Of a DNA stretch of 64,000 nt, positions 39,334 to 52,275 are shown piece by piece; position 1 is the stretch's first letter, and each line of letters starts with the position of its first letter. A program made the position numbers and the translations under genes. The DNA comes from Gonapodya sp. JEL0774 (Eukaryota). The stretch spans positions 1-64,000 of the forward strand of contig JADIIX010000130.1 in NCBI GenBank assembly GCA_027604505.1. Reading direction: 5' to 3'. Below the pieces are notes generated by a model. It worked only from the letters and a program-made list of their open reading frames with translations. It had not been told where the DNA came from and did no database searches.

Positions 39334-40097
39334 ATGGGCATCTCAGATTTCTTCACTTCCATTGGAGCCCTCCACCACACTGCTCGAATACTCGTCATCG
39401 GTTTGGATAATTCAGGCAAATCGTGAGTTACTCCTTCAGAAAGTAGGGAGACTTTCCCCGTGCCCATCACTTGCGCGGGCTGAAGCGGGATCTCCCGTAT
39501 TTTCATGACACCTCTGCTGACGGCTCTATGGCAGCACCCTGCTTGATCATATCTCTCTAAACGCAGAGACCCACCCGACACCCACACCATGCTTCCGCAC
39601 CATCACGTTCCACCACAACACGTTTCGTTTCCGTGCACTGGACATGTCGGGGCAGGGTCGATACCGAGATATGTGGGAACACCCGCTGAGGAGGGGCAAA
39701 GAAAACATCGATGGGGTGATCTGGTGTCTGGACGCAACAGATCAAGATAGAATGGAAGTTGTTAAAAGGGAGATGGAGGTGCTTGTCCACCCGGAAGTGG
39801 TGACCGGTCGGTAAGGTGATTCTTTCGATGCCCGTCGCACTCCCCTCTCACCAAGCAACAACAGCCCGTCGCCGTCTCCCCCACCCTCCAATTTTAATTT
39901 TCGCCACAAAATCCGACCTTCCTCATGCCATCCGACCATCTGAATTGGCCGGCGTCTTGGATCTCCGTCGTAGGCTCAAAGGACGGGATTGGTTTCTCTT
40001 CCCCTGTGTCGCAACAAGTGGTAAGGGCGTGACGGAGGGTCTGAATTGGCTTGTCGAGACTCTCCAAAAAAATCAGCGTGTATGTAGAAGCTCATGA
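39334..40097 (+). CDS. ARL6: ARF-like GTPase ARL6 (BBS3), divergent
   Basis: MGISDFFTSIGALHHTARILVIGLDNSGKS; DMSGQGRYRDMWEH (ARL6-type DMSGQ and GLDNSGK); PILIFATKSD; GKGVTEGLNWL. Confidence 0.8.
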
Positions 40098-40220
40098 CTA
40101 ATAACAAAAAAGTGACAAAATAAACACAACACACGAGCGCCTAAACGACCGAATTCTGTCCAGGCAGGTGAAGCGAAAGCCACGAGGAGATAAGGAAGTT
40201 GGGGTGTGCCAATGGTCCCT

Positions 40221-42019
40221 TTACGCTGCTCTTGTCTTCCGCCTCAGTGCCCGCCGGACGTCTCGCACGTCCTCCGTCAGTTCCTCCTCCTTCAACGTAT
40301 CGTTTGACGATTCCCCCGCTGTTGTGGCCCTGGTGGCTCTCTTGGTCGCGTGTCGTGTGGCAGGGGCGGGAACTGGCACGATCGCAGGTGTTTCGGCGAT
40401 TGGTGGAGTGGCAGTGGCAGTCGCCAACACAGCTGGAGCGACCGGTGTTGGCGCAGCAGCAACGGCAGCCACAGAGACTTGAAGATGGCTTTTCTCCTGG
40501 CTCGAGGGGGATTCTCCGCCTTGCCATTCCGGCCAATACTGTTCACGGATGCGTTCGAAGTATGCAATGAGATTCGGGTGGCGTCTGGACAAATCGCGCC
40601 AGACGCGTTGGCGATGTGATGGTTAAGAGGAGCGCAACGGATGCTCCCTGGCGGATGTAACTAAACACGTACTCTATTTCGGCAACAACCTTGGGAGAAA
40701 AGTCTCGATGCGATATGCTTGTAGCGAGCCACGCAAACAGCGCTGCATCCGTAGTCGTAGGACCGGCCGTGCCCAAAAGCCATCTGCCCACAGTGACCGG
40801 AAGGAGGTACACACTTCATAAAGAAATCAGACGTTTTCTAATCAGCCTCACTTGGTGTGCCCCAGTTGCGTGGAGAGCGCTTGCAATGCCCGCGGAAGAA
40901 GTGCGGTGAAAATATCATCTCCGTAGCGGCCTGTATGTGAACACCGACGATGAGAGGACGGGTCGAAAACAAAGGTGCCCTTTGCCTCTCACCGATTCCA
41001 GACATCATCCCACGTTTGATGTTCGGATGGATAATGAACCGTCCAAGAAACACACGTACAGGATACGGGGCATCCTTTAGAAATAGCTTGTGGAGCGAGC
41101 TTGGATATTGCTCGATCCAGCGCTCGTACTTTCCGCAGTACACGGAGTGAGAAGTATAGTTACTCAAGAGTCTCGATAATCATGAAACTCACGGCAGTAA
41201 TGGGAGAGAGCTGCTGTTCGACAACCGATCGGAAAGCTAGCGCTACCGCATGCTTTGACTCTGATAGACCTGCGTCAAGGTCCTCTGGGAAACACCGGAA
41301 GATGGTGCGAAGGGATCACCACTGTAAGTTGGTAGAGCACGATTGTCACGATTCTTTCTCACCTAGAACGCCGTCCTCAACGAGTGATGCATATCCAAGC
41401 TGCGAGTCTTGATATATTTTCCCGTTGTATTCGTAAACGGGCAACTTTTTGCGGGAGAACTTGTCGGCCAAAGTCCATTCGTTGTCGTACGCCGTGCCCA
41501 GGAACCGCAAGATGGTCTCTCCCTTGACACAGAAAGGGCTTGCGGAGGGAGCTCTGTCCTCCCGACGAAACTGGTAAAGCACCACTGGAGTTGACGTGTT
41601 GGGACGGTTGGCGTGAACGATGGCGACGAGGAGTGGCCATCAAAGATCCAGGGACAAAATCCAGTACAAAATAGTTACTGATTGTTCATTCACACGCAAT
41701 TCGCAACCGGATCACACCAGCAACCGGAAAATGGCGAGCCGGTTTGGTACAGGTTAGTTCTTGGCGGCATGGTCGCGGGACCATCGCCCGTAACAGGCAG
41801 AGCAATCGTTTGCAGTTTTTGGCAGCAAAAGGCGTTCTCACCTCGGTTCTTGTGTTTGGATTCGAAATCGAGCTTCGCTGTCAAGTACCGGTAGCGGGCG
41901 GTTGCTGTCACGGTCACTGCAAAGGCCAACACGGCGACCACGAGGCCTGCCACGACATACGAATCGATAGGTAAGCTGGCGATTTGAAGATCGATGAATG
42001 GCAACGGAGGAAGAGACAT
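40221..42019 (-). CDS. Metaxin / failed-axon-connections (FAX) family GST-like membrane protein
   Basis: N-terminal transmembrane segment; VVLYQFRR...PSASPFCVKGETILRF...KKLPVYEYNGKIYQDSQ (GST_N metaxin); WLLGTAGPTTTDAALFAWLA; HPNLIAYFERIREQYWPEW. Confidence 0.85.
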
Positions 42020-42121
42020 TGTATGTGAATTTCGGAGGGTGCTTGGAGGAGGACCGTGCACAGCGGCGAGCAACGTAATATTCAGTACATTATGCAATCC
42101 ATTGTATAAACTCTACAATAT

Positions 42122-45100
42122 TTACACCGAGTTTCTCCTGCCTCTTCGCGACTTAGACGGCGCCTTAGCGTCCAGTCCCGCCTCTGCCTCACCTGTGATA
42201 TCCTTAACGCCAAAGACTCTTTCCATGGTCCCGTCCTTCACCCACTGTTCCACGGCCTCCAAACCATACTTGTAACCAACATCCACAAGTTCAGAGAAGC
42301 TGCCGAATTGCAGTGTGCCAAACATGGTCACGGGAGGCCTCAGGTAGAATACTCCCTCCGTTGCTTTCGCTTCCTCAAGCTGCCTCACAGAGCTCACATA
42401 CGCTAACCTGGATTGCACATCCGCCAAGTTGGGAATTCTTTGATATTGCGTGGTGTCTCGGAAGGGATTCATGCGATCCCACACCACTGACAACCCTGAC
42501 AGCGCATCACCAAACTGAACGGGCCTGGTGTCGTCTAAGGCTCCGACATCGACAGCAAGGACACGGGCCGCACCGAGTGCTCGCATAACGTCTGCTGGGA
42601 GATTCGAGATATACCCTCCGTCGACAAGCCTGATGACATGCGGTCAAGGGCCCGGCATTGTTCGAAAAAAAGCTACAGTCTCCACTCACATGTTTCCATT
42701 GTCTACAAGTGGAGGTAGAAAACCAGATAAGCTCATGGAGGCACGCACGTACCGCCACATGTAGCCACTTCGGTGTACATCCATTGTGGACCAGGTGACA
42801 TTTGTCGTGTTCGTAAAATAGGGCAGCCAACAATCCTCAATGTGCAGATCAGAAAAACATTTCCACAGGCTTCGATTGAATTCGTGCCCTATGAAAGTGG
42901 GACCACTCCTGTGTGCGTGTCACGTTCGATCTCGATTGAAATAATGGAAACATACCACTGAACCAAGACAGGGTTGGATAAGTCAAGTCCGCCAATTGTC
43001 GCCACGGGCTAGCCATCCTGGAACTGAACATCTTGGCTCTTCCCACTGTCGACACGTAGTCGCCTTCTCGTGCAAGCAAACCACCGACAAATGCCCCTAT
43101 ACTTGTACCGCCGACCATATCGATAGGCACCCCCGCCTCCTCCAGTGCCTTAATAACACCCACGTGTGCGATTCCTCGAGCACCCCCGCCACCAAGCACC
43201 AAGCCGACCGACTTCCCCAGCAAACGGCGTGCTATTCTACCGAAATCGGCGCGAATGTTGGACTCCGTCGTGGAAGAAAGGTGAGTCACGTGGTCATGGA
43301 ACTGGCCCGTTGAGCCCATTGAATACAATACCGCACGAGATGTGAACCTCTGAATTTGAGATGCCAGGTTAAAGTTTGTTTTACGAGACGGTATGGTTGG
43401 ACGATTCGGCATTTGCACCTTTACGTTGTGAAAGACAGAGGCGTTGGTCCAGTCATTTACCAGTCGTCAAAATAAGGGAACTCTCACATGATGATGGGCG
43501 TGAACCCACGTCCTATTTTGAAGCCAGTGCGCTGTGCTACCCGGAATGACGTACCGTTCTGAGTGAATCAGCACCAGTTCCTTTCGAGCGGTAGTTTTCA
43601 TGCCGATAAGAATTGTTTCGAACTCCCCAATTGACGGATCTTCGTCTCCAAGGCCGACGAGAAGAATACAATCCGCCTACGCAAGTTAAGTCAGAGAATG
43701 TAGGCCAAAAAGGCTCCAGGCCGACAAAACACGGCAACTCCTACCTGTCTGATACATCTCTGGGTCCATGGACTCGCCACGCCCCCATCCGCCACATACA
43801 CCACCATCCCACTGGCCTCCTCCATTTCCGCAAGCCAGGACACCAATTTTAGCTTCCCCACCCTCGAGAAAGCATGCCTTCCAAGCCAGCCCACTACCCG
43901 ATCCGACGTCAGCACGCTCACTGGGGAGCACCCTTCTGCAAGCAAGCCCGTACGAAGACGCGCGGCAAAATCCAGCACGGGGACTGCAGATGTGACAGGT
44001 ATGACAGCGACAGTACGGAGGTTCGCGTTATCCAGTCCCACACCTCCGTCACCAGCGCCCACGGTCCCACCACCAACAGCAGGCATATACGACGGTACGT
44101 TGAAACTCCCTGGCGACAAACCCCAATTTTTAGCCCTGGGCTTCCCTGTTCGCCCTCCTGCAGCCCTCCCCGCTACGATCCTCGACACCGCCATCGTCAC
44201 CTCAGGATTTATCCTCGCCATGGCTTCAAGCAAGGTGCGTGGTAAAATAGCCACCTCAGAATCTCTAATTGCGTGCACTGTGGCAGGCCTTCGTGAGTCG
44301 GTAAGTACTTCAAGTTCGCCAAAAGAGTCACCCGGACCATGCTCAGCTTCTATCGTGAAGGCCGGGCGGGGGGTCCCCCCTCGAGCTGAAGGGCCACTGA
44401 CGCTGTGGTCACCACCTCTAACTTCCCTATCACCACCACCACCCCAGCTTGGGCCATTGGTGGCACGGAGAGGCGGCGAGTCCGGTGCCAGCGCATCGTT
44501 CGAAGTACCACCCCTCCTTGATCTGCCAAATCTAGTGCCAGTCCTGCCTAACCTCTCCTCCTCATCCTCTTCTTCACTTCCATTCCTCAAGCCTCCATCA
44601 TCATCCTCCACAATAATACTCCTTAATCTCCCATTTAACACCACCACGACACTTTCCGCTTTCTCACCCTGTCTGCACACTGTCTGACCAGCCTGCAGCT
44701 GCACCCACTCGGTTGCCATATCCACTTGCATGGCTGAAGGCGTTACCACTCTGAGTAACCTCTTTGCGAGAGCAAAGACCGCCGCCGGGTGTCTCTCGAG
44801 CATCCGGTCTAAAGCAGGCTTGGGGAAGAAGGCGGCCCAGGTCACCGTAACAGCGCGGACAGTTACAGACGATGGGTGTGAGGTCATCGCGGAGATGTAT
44901 CCAACAATACCACCCGCTCCCACGCGATAAGGTCGCAGTCCAAAAACGCCGCGTTTTGCACCACCGAACCTCCTCCCAGTCCCAGTCCCTGAACCTAGCG
45001 CAGATAAACCGATGCCACCTTGTCCTCCAATTGCACTTGCTCCTGCTCCCTCCACCGCCACCTCGAGGAGACCTTCAAGGACCATAACCAAACCACCAGC

Positions 45101-47870
45101 TCTTTCTCCTTCCAAGACCACCACTGCTCCGTGCTCGTACATCCTCACCTCAATCTCCTCATACGTGCGTGGAGGATCCGGACGAGGGGAGGAAGGTCGC
45201 CCACCACCAGTCGAATCAGCAAAATCACTTGATTGCGGAGACGAGGTTTCAGAGGAAGAAGCAAAACGCCTTTTAAATCCGGTGTCGCCCTCTGAGGACG
45301 ATCCAGGTCGCAATGCGAGGGGAATGAAAGCCGCACTGGGCGGCGGCATGACTAACCCCGAGACCAGCGAATCGTTGGCCGATGATGATCCTTGCGGTGG
45401 ATTACTCTCCTTCTCCCCGTCCATTTCCACGTCCGCTGCCAAAACACAGCGTATTGCAGCGTAACCAGCCATTTTGATTGCGGTGAGGTCGGCGGGTGAA
45501 AATCTGGCTTGGCCGCGGGATGTGGAAGGAGTGGATATGGAAGGAGGAGAATCAGGAGATTCCTCCTCGTCATCACCAGAAGTAGAGAAGACACGGCTTT
45601 GAGATGAAGGCTCTTCTCTGTATAGATGGCACCCAAGGAGGTGTGGTGAACGATCAAGCGAACCAGCCTCCTCGCAAGGCACTCACCCCATGGCCATGAC
45701 TGTGACTGTTCTCCCTCGCGCCCTTCCACCCCCGACCCTAATCCCCGTTCCCACTCCTACCCCCAAGCTCACCCCGACACCGCTCCTACTCCCACCACCG
45801 AGCTGGTCTCCATATCCATGCCCACCCCCATATCCCCGACCTTCTCCATGAGCTCTCACAACTACAACGCCAAGTCCTGACTCTCCGGCAACGATTAATT
45901 TCGCCACCATGCTGCTCAGCTTGGCAAGAATATCGTGGACAGGATGGTTCACTTCAGGGTGGGCAACGAGGCGATCGGCCAAGTGGGCACCAGAGTCCAA
46001 TGGTATATATCTGGTTCAAGCTTGGGTTAGAACTCAAAGCAACTAGATGGAACTAAAAGGCAAGAAAAAATGATTTTATGATATTTGCCCGCTTGCGCTT
46101 GTACCGCGAGGTCAACGATTTCTCCTAAACCCTTTCTGAAAGCACTTCCAGAATCCCTGTGACTGTAATTTTCCCTTCGACATTCTCGAGATCGTCCTTT
46201 TCGCCTTTATGGTGCATTTTCCAGTAAATATCGGGAACAATCACCAATGAGTATCCAACCCACCTGCCGACCCCGCCCATGACCACTCTCGCGAATCTCG
46301 CCAATATCACTCCCGCAACATGTCCTGCAGCCCTGGGATACTTTCTTCGAATGTCTGTAAACGCCTTCCGAGGCAGTACTGCGAGGATGGTTGGAGTAGA
46401 GGCAAGGGCGGTGATGGGGGGTAGGTGGAAACGGGTGGAAGAAAGAGGGGAGGAAGTTTCCCGGAGAGTGCGTTGATAGATGGTCGGTGAAGCACCTTCA
46501 GATTGAGTGTGGGTTTGAGTTTGAGTCTGGGCTCGTTCGAGCAAAGTAGGTTCATGGGAACTTGAAGAGCCTCGCAATATTGGGATTCCTTGGTCCACGC
46601 TAGCACCGTCAACGACGGGCACATTTTGTACGGTGATGTCCGCACCGCTGACGTTTGCCCCAACCGCTGTAGTCTCTGTCTCCCCCACTCTGATCCCTGG
46701 CGGTGTCGCTGCAACGAGAGAGATACCTTCATGCGCAGGAGGGATGCAAACTGCACTACTACAAGTACCAGCGCCGTTGTCGCTGGTAGCGAGGTCGCCC
46801 TCGAGTTCGACTGGTGGAGTAGGTTTGGGAGCCGTTGTGCATTGTTGCAATTCACACCCGGCCATGTCGACCCGAGCGATGCCATCCTCTGGCAGACTCA
46901 CGCTTTCTGCGAAAACGTCAAGAATCCAGAACAGCGAAGTAACCGATGCTCCAGGCCGGACTTCGTGAAGGAGCTGGAAGTCTCCAGGCACAGTTCCCCC
47001 GGAGCCGCCTGTCCCTGACCAATAAGCGTGTGACCCTGATCCTCCAGTTGCTGTCCAGAGACCGTGCGGCCCACTCGACCCACTCCCTGCCAGTGTTCCT
47101 CCAAAGATACCTCTATCAACGAATGTGGGACCGCCAAACTCATCTCCCCTGTCTCCTACTCCAGAGACAACGCGGGGGCCGTCACCACCCATGGTGGCAT
47201 CAGGCGCCGAGTACACCTGGACAGCCCCCTCGACGACTATGAAGAAATCCGACGAGACGTCGTGGGGGCGAAGCAGAACAGCGCCGGAGTTGAGAGAGCG
47301 AGAGCTGAGGGACGAAGCTAGCTCGTGGAAAACATTTCTGTCGAGATAGCCGAATACTTTGATGGAAGACAAAAACGCGGCAAGCAAATCGTGGTGATAG
47401 AAAGGCGATGTTGCGGCGCCCGTAGAACTCTCCGACGAGGACAGTGAGAGGGTCAACGGAATTGGTAGACGCGGAGGTGGCAGATTCGAATGCGAATTCA
47501 GCGACACATGCGAGGTGAAAGAGTGCTGTGAGTGAAGTGCACGAGGACTCTGGGGCCTGTCCACGTCTATGTCGTCATCATCCATGTCCTGTGGGGGGCT
47601 CAACAGAAGAGGATGAAGGTCAACGGGAGCATCCACGTGCTTGATTGCCGTCGGGATAGGCAACCGTGAGTACCGCGTCAGCAACGAGTAACGGGCGATC
47701 GTCCACGACATCAGCACAGCTAGCACTGCGACGACGAGCAACGATCGCGTGTCAAGCGACACTGTCACGGTGAATACATGCGATAGCAAGAGTCCCGGTC
47801 GGGAAAGCAAAGCTCGAAGTAGAAACGCCGTCTCTCCGCTTGCCGCCGAGTTGTCCAGTTCTGATGACAT
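42122..47870 (-). CDS. NTE1: Lysophospholipase NTE1 / neuropathy target esterase (cNMP-binding domains + patatin)
   Basis: [32 protein letters not shown]; cNMP domains ([22 protein letters not shown]); patatin motifs GGGGARG, GTSIG and DGG. Confidence 0.95.
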
Positions 47871-47919
47871 CGGCAACTGGCGACAATGCGCACGGAAACA
47901 CAAAAGATTCTCGAAAAGT

Positions 47920-50900
47920 ACCGCGTTTTCCGAGTGAAGTGGAAGACTTTTATTCGTGGGGAAAGAGGAGAAAGGGGGATCTGGCCAAACGTGCGGAGGG
48001 CACCACAAAGCACCTGCTGGACGCCTATATTATCTGAGAAACAACATACATAGTTGATTTGGTAATCTCCGTTAACAGGAATGTTATACTGGCTCAGCTC
48101 CTGGACTGATAACAAACGTTTCAGCAATGTCTTTACCCCACACAACACACATATTAACTGTTTGGGGTTCCCCTTACAGTGTACAAACTAAAACTTGAGC
48201 ATGCAAATGTGCAAATAAGGAGTGGCTCCACATACCTTCGTTATCCTTGTAAGAGACCCAGAATACACTCTTCCTCTCGATGGTGTTTTTGTGGACCTTG
48301 TACTCATCTTCATCAACCATGTGTTCCAGTTCCTTATAATTTGCCAATGATAGCACATCTGATTAAGGGGCAATATGGGTCAAATAATGCATATGCCAGC
48401 TGGCTTTAGAATAGGTCCACTTACTCAGATCAAGGTTCAGTGTATCAAGCTCCTTGTCTCTCAAAAACACTTTTGCAAGCTCCTTCACACCTTCAAAATC
48501 AATCTGTCCACCTACAGACATGGCAATAGTGTATTACTTGTTAGAACAAACAGAACTTGCTTCCACACAGTCACACACCACGCAAGTTCAACTGGGTTAA
48601 ACTGCCATTGTTTTCAATTGCCTGTGCAAGGTATTTCGCACCTTTTGAAGTAATTCTATGATTATCTTTGTGCAAAAAAAAAGAATGAAATAAAAGCAGG
48701 ATTACTTACAAGGTACAAAGACAGGGTGCACATCTCACTCACCATAAAGAGAAAGATGAATTAATGTTTTATTCTTTCTCAAACCCTTTGATAAAGATTC
48801 AACACCAGCATCAGAAATATTGCATCCTGTTAGATAGAGGGCAAATCATATTACATAACCTGGTAAACACAAGCAGATGGTAGATTATTGAGCTTGGATC
48901 TTACCAACCTGCTAGGTGCAGCTTTTTGAGGTTACCCTTACCCTTCTCAAGTAACTCAGCAAGAGAAGCAGCACAGTCATCATTAATGTTTTTACTCCCT
49001 ACCAATAATCCATGACATTGCTATTATTCAGTAACAAGGATTGCTGAGAGGAAAACACTAGTCTCACCAGAAAGGTGAAGGATTTCAAAGGTTGTGCAAT
49101 TGACCAGAGAATGGGCAAGTGCCTTTACTCCTTCTGAAGTGAAAAGATTTCCTAATAATTGAGTACGGGATTAGAGCTGGCTGTGATATTCACTCTCCTT
49201 ATTAATTGGTGTACCTCCAATGTAAAGATTTGTGATTTTCCACTGCGGCTGCAATGCCTCAATTGCGTCAGCGAGTGCCTTTACACCACTGTCATTGATA
49301 CCTTTCTCTTAACGAGCAAAGCAACATAGAGAGACCTGATTATACTGAATTGCTTTGGAGCTGCATTAATCACAGGTTACTCACTTTCTAAATTAAGGGT
49401 CTGTGCTTGAACCAGATTTCCCTGCACCAGTTTCTTAAATGCGTTCTCTAATACTTTTTGTGTTGGAGTCCAGGCTGTGCAAAGTTAAGGCAAAGGGTAA
49501 AATCAGGATCCAAATCATCAGGTAATTGGGTGATCAAACATACTTGTTAAATCGGGGTATACCTCATTCCTCATTGAATGCAGGAACTCTCGATCACCAT
49601 CAGAGTGGAACTCAGAGCCAATATCATCACGGAATTCATTCAAAGCATCTTGCAGCATTCTTATGTTCTTTGAAGTTTGTTGCTGAGCGTCTTCAATATT
49701 TGAGATTTGTTGAGCACTTTTAATTGCAATTTTTAGGACATCAGTGATGTTTTCTTGCAGCGAGGTTATATCAGCAGCAAGACTTTCAAGATCTTTCTTG
49801 ATAGCTGTTTGTCCGTCTGCAACCCATTTGAGAGTCCCAAACTTCAAAAATAAATTTCATTTGCTATGAAATGGAATGTTTGTAGCTTTGAGAAAATTCT
49901 TACCAAGACAAGATTGATCTCAGTTTTAATTCTTTCCAGGAGTTTCTCCAATTGCAGTTCATTCTGCTTGTAATTTATCATTTGCTCAATAACACTCTGC
50001 TTCTTGATTCCCAAAAGGGCTTCTTGAACGTCCACCAACAATCTATCAGATATAAAATTAGCATATTGGGGCCATTCGCTGGTAGCTAGAAGCATTTGGC
50101 CCACTTAGCAATATTTTCATATTGTGTGTGGAGTTCTGGTGGCACACTGGGAAAATGAAATATAACAGGAACAGGTTCTGGGTATTGAACAACTCGCTGC
50201 TGTCTGATTTTGCTTTCTCAACATTCTGTGGCTCAAGTTGAAATTGCAATTAACACTCACTTCTTGAACTCTGCCAGAAATTTGGTCATTTCATCTGTGG
50301 ACTTCTTTACATCATTCTCAAGCCTGGAATAGGAGGTCAAAATTGTTTACCAGAATTTGAACTTCCCGACTCACTTCTCTTTTGATTCTGCGTACACATC
50401 AGTCAGCTGTTTGTCATTAATTGCGGCCACAACCTTTCTCATGTAGTCACTCAGCTCAAGAGCAAGCTGTTTGTTATAATGAAGAGCTGCCGCAGCGTCG
50501 AAGATAACAACGAGTCCCTTCAAGGCTAAAGTGATTCCGGGAATAGGCACACACTCCAGTAGACATTCGGCGACCGAATCGCTTCCTATGGCCGATGAAA
50601 TAGCTTTGAGCCAAGCACCCTTAACATCTCTTCCTGACGGGGATAGCGATCGTGTTTCAACTCTCTCGTCCCCAGATTGAGAAGATAAAACCGCTTCGGC
50701 TCTGCTGTGCCGAGAGTGAGAAGGTGATTGTGCTTCAGCTCGGCCGTCCCGCGATCGAGAAGGCGATTTTGCTCTAGGGCTCCCAGCCCGAGATGGCGAC
50801 AGAGACCTTGAGACCCTTCTGACTGTCTCAACAACCGCTTCCTTCACTTTCAGATATCTTTCCTTGACTTCTTCCATGATGGATTTTAACTGTCTCAACA

Positions 50901-51245
50901 ACCGTGAGGGGGAGGATGTGGGTCGATCTCCCTAACAATTGCGACGTGAATGTCAGAAACGGCCCCAACGCGCGAGCGACCACTAAGGGCGCTGGATTGT
51001 TGCTTTGCAGAACCAGGATATGAGTAGAAGCGGTTGATTGCCTTGCCTTGAGTGGAAGGGGTTGTTAATTTGCTGTGGTGGTGTGCAATATATTGCTCAA
51101 CCTAGTTTTTCACCCTCGAAAACACGGTGCCACATGCGACTTTCGATTCTCCCTCAATATCGCATTGGCTCATGAAACCGAGAGCAAAAAACGAAATAAT
51201 GTAACATTTCCCAAGAACGCGTAATATCGTTCTTGCTATTGATGA
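47920..51245 (-). repeat. Left arm of a ~3.3 kb inverted segmental duplication
   Basis: Reverse complement of 58254-61625. Inner end aatatcgttcttgctattgatga matches tcatcaattgcaagaacgatatt; outer end gagtgaagtggaagacttttatt matches aataaagtcttccacttcactt. Exons and introns are collinear. Confidence 0.95.
48174..50877 (-). CDS. Copy A: SR-rich leader + MLKL-like four-helix domain + coiled linker + RNI-type LRR protein
   Basis: VPIPGITLALKGLVVIFDAAAALHYNKQLALELSDYMRKVV resembles the MLKL N-terminal domain. The exon structure is the same as copy B, and the indels I checked are in frame. Confidence 0.7.
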
Positions 51246-52275
51246 AAAAACTGTTCATGCAAGTGCGGTGCAAACATCGGTGCATGATATATTGGCCCCT
51301 TGCCGCGGCAAGGATTCGAAATGCCAACCGCACAGCAGTATCACCCAGTAATTTAATTTTCGAATGATGCTTGGAGAATGATCATTGGAGCAAGATGCCA
51401 GTTTAGTCACAGACCAGAATGCAACTAAAGCAGGGAATCTGGGCTGGGTGTCGAGTAAGAGTGTAGGAAGGCAGGAATATTGTCAACTTTTCCATACATA
51501 TGTAGCATGAACTGCTTAGTCGACTGAATACTATTTTTTTCCACAGAAACAAACCTGATGGAGGGATTCAAACATGGGATGGGTGTTGCATCTTCGGCTC
51601 AGTCAACGATCATCAAATAAATTGAAGCGAAAACGCTGAATATATCTGAAGTCAAAACCATGGATGTCAGCGCAGAAGCAGGTGATGGCAGTATGACCAG
51701 GTTGAATCATGGAACACGGCAGCTCGTCGAAAGTGAATTCGATTTTACCGCCGGGCAACATCCCATGGACATTGTCACTTCAACACGCGATCTTGCTCTT
51801 GCTCTCGCACGCGGCCCCGTCGATTCGTACCTTCCTTTCAACAGCACAAACTCAACCCGCTCCTCACACCACCAGAAGCGTGTGCCACCTGACGAGGCGA
51901 CCAGCATCCACTACCTTCCTTCTCGTCGCACCAGAGCTTCCAGCACATAATGGTCTCTCGCACATGTGCCATCTGAACAACTCCAGCTTCGACCCCAATC
52001 ACAGCTTCTTACCAGGCAGTGACCACACCCCCGTTCTTGTTCCCACATCCCACCTAGTTGCTGATCCGTCAAGGTCAGTTGAAGGTGTGTGATGCCACAG
52101 AAACATGGGAAAGAGTCGACGCTCGTGCCTATTTAGATCAGCATGCTGTGAGTGCTTACAAGGATGAGCATTTTGACGAGGCGGTCTTGAAACAGACAAT
52201 GGAAGTACAATCAATGCATTTTCAAAAACACAGAGGCGGATAGCGGGCGTCAATTGCTCTCCAAATTACCTGTCA

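Noticed and set aside
51290..51340. Possible tRNA (TTCGAATCC T-loop-like motif on the minus strand)
   Set aside because: No paired T-stem, D-arm or acceptor stem can be built.
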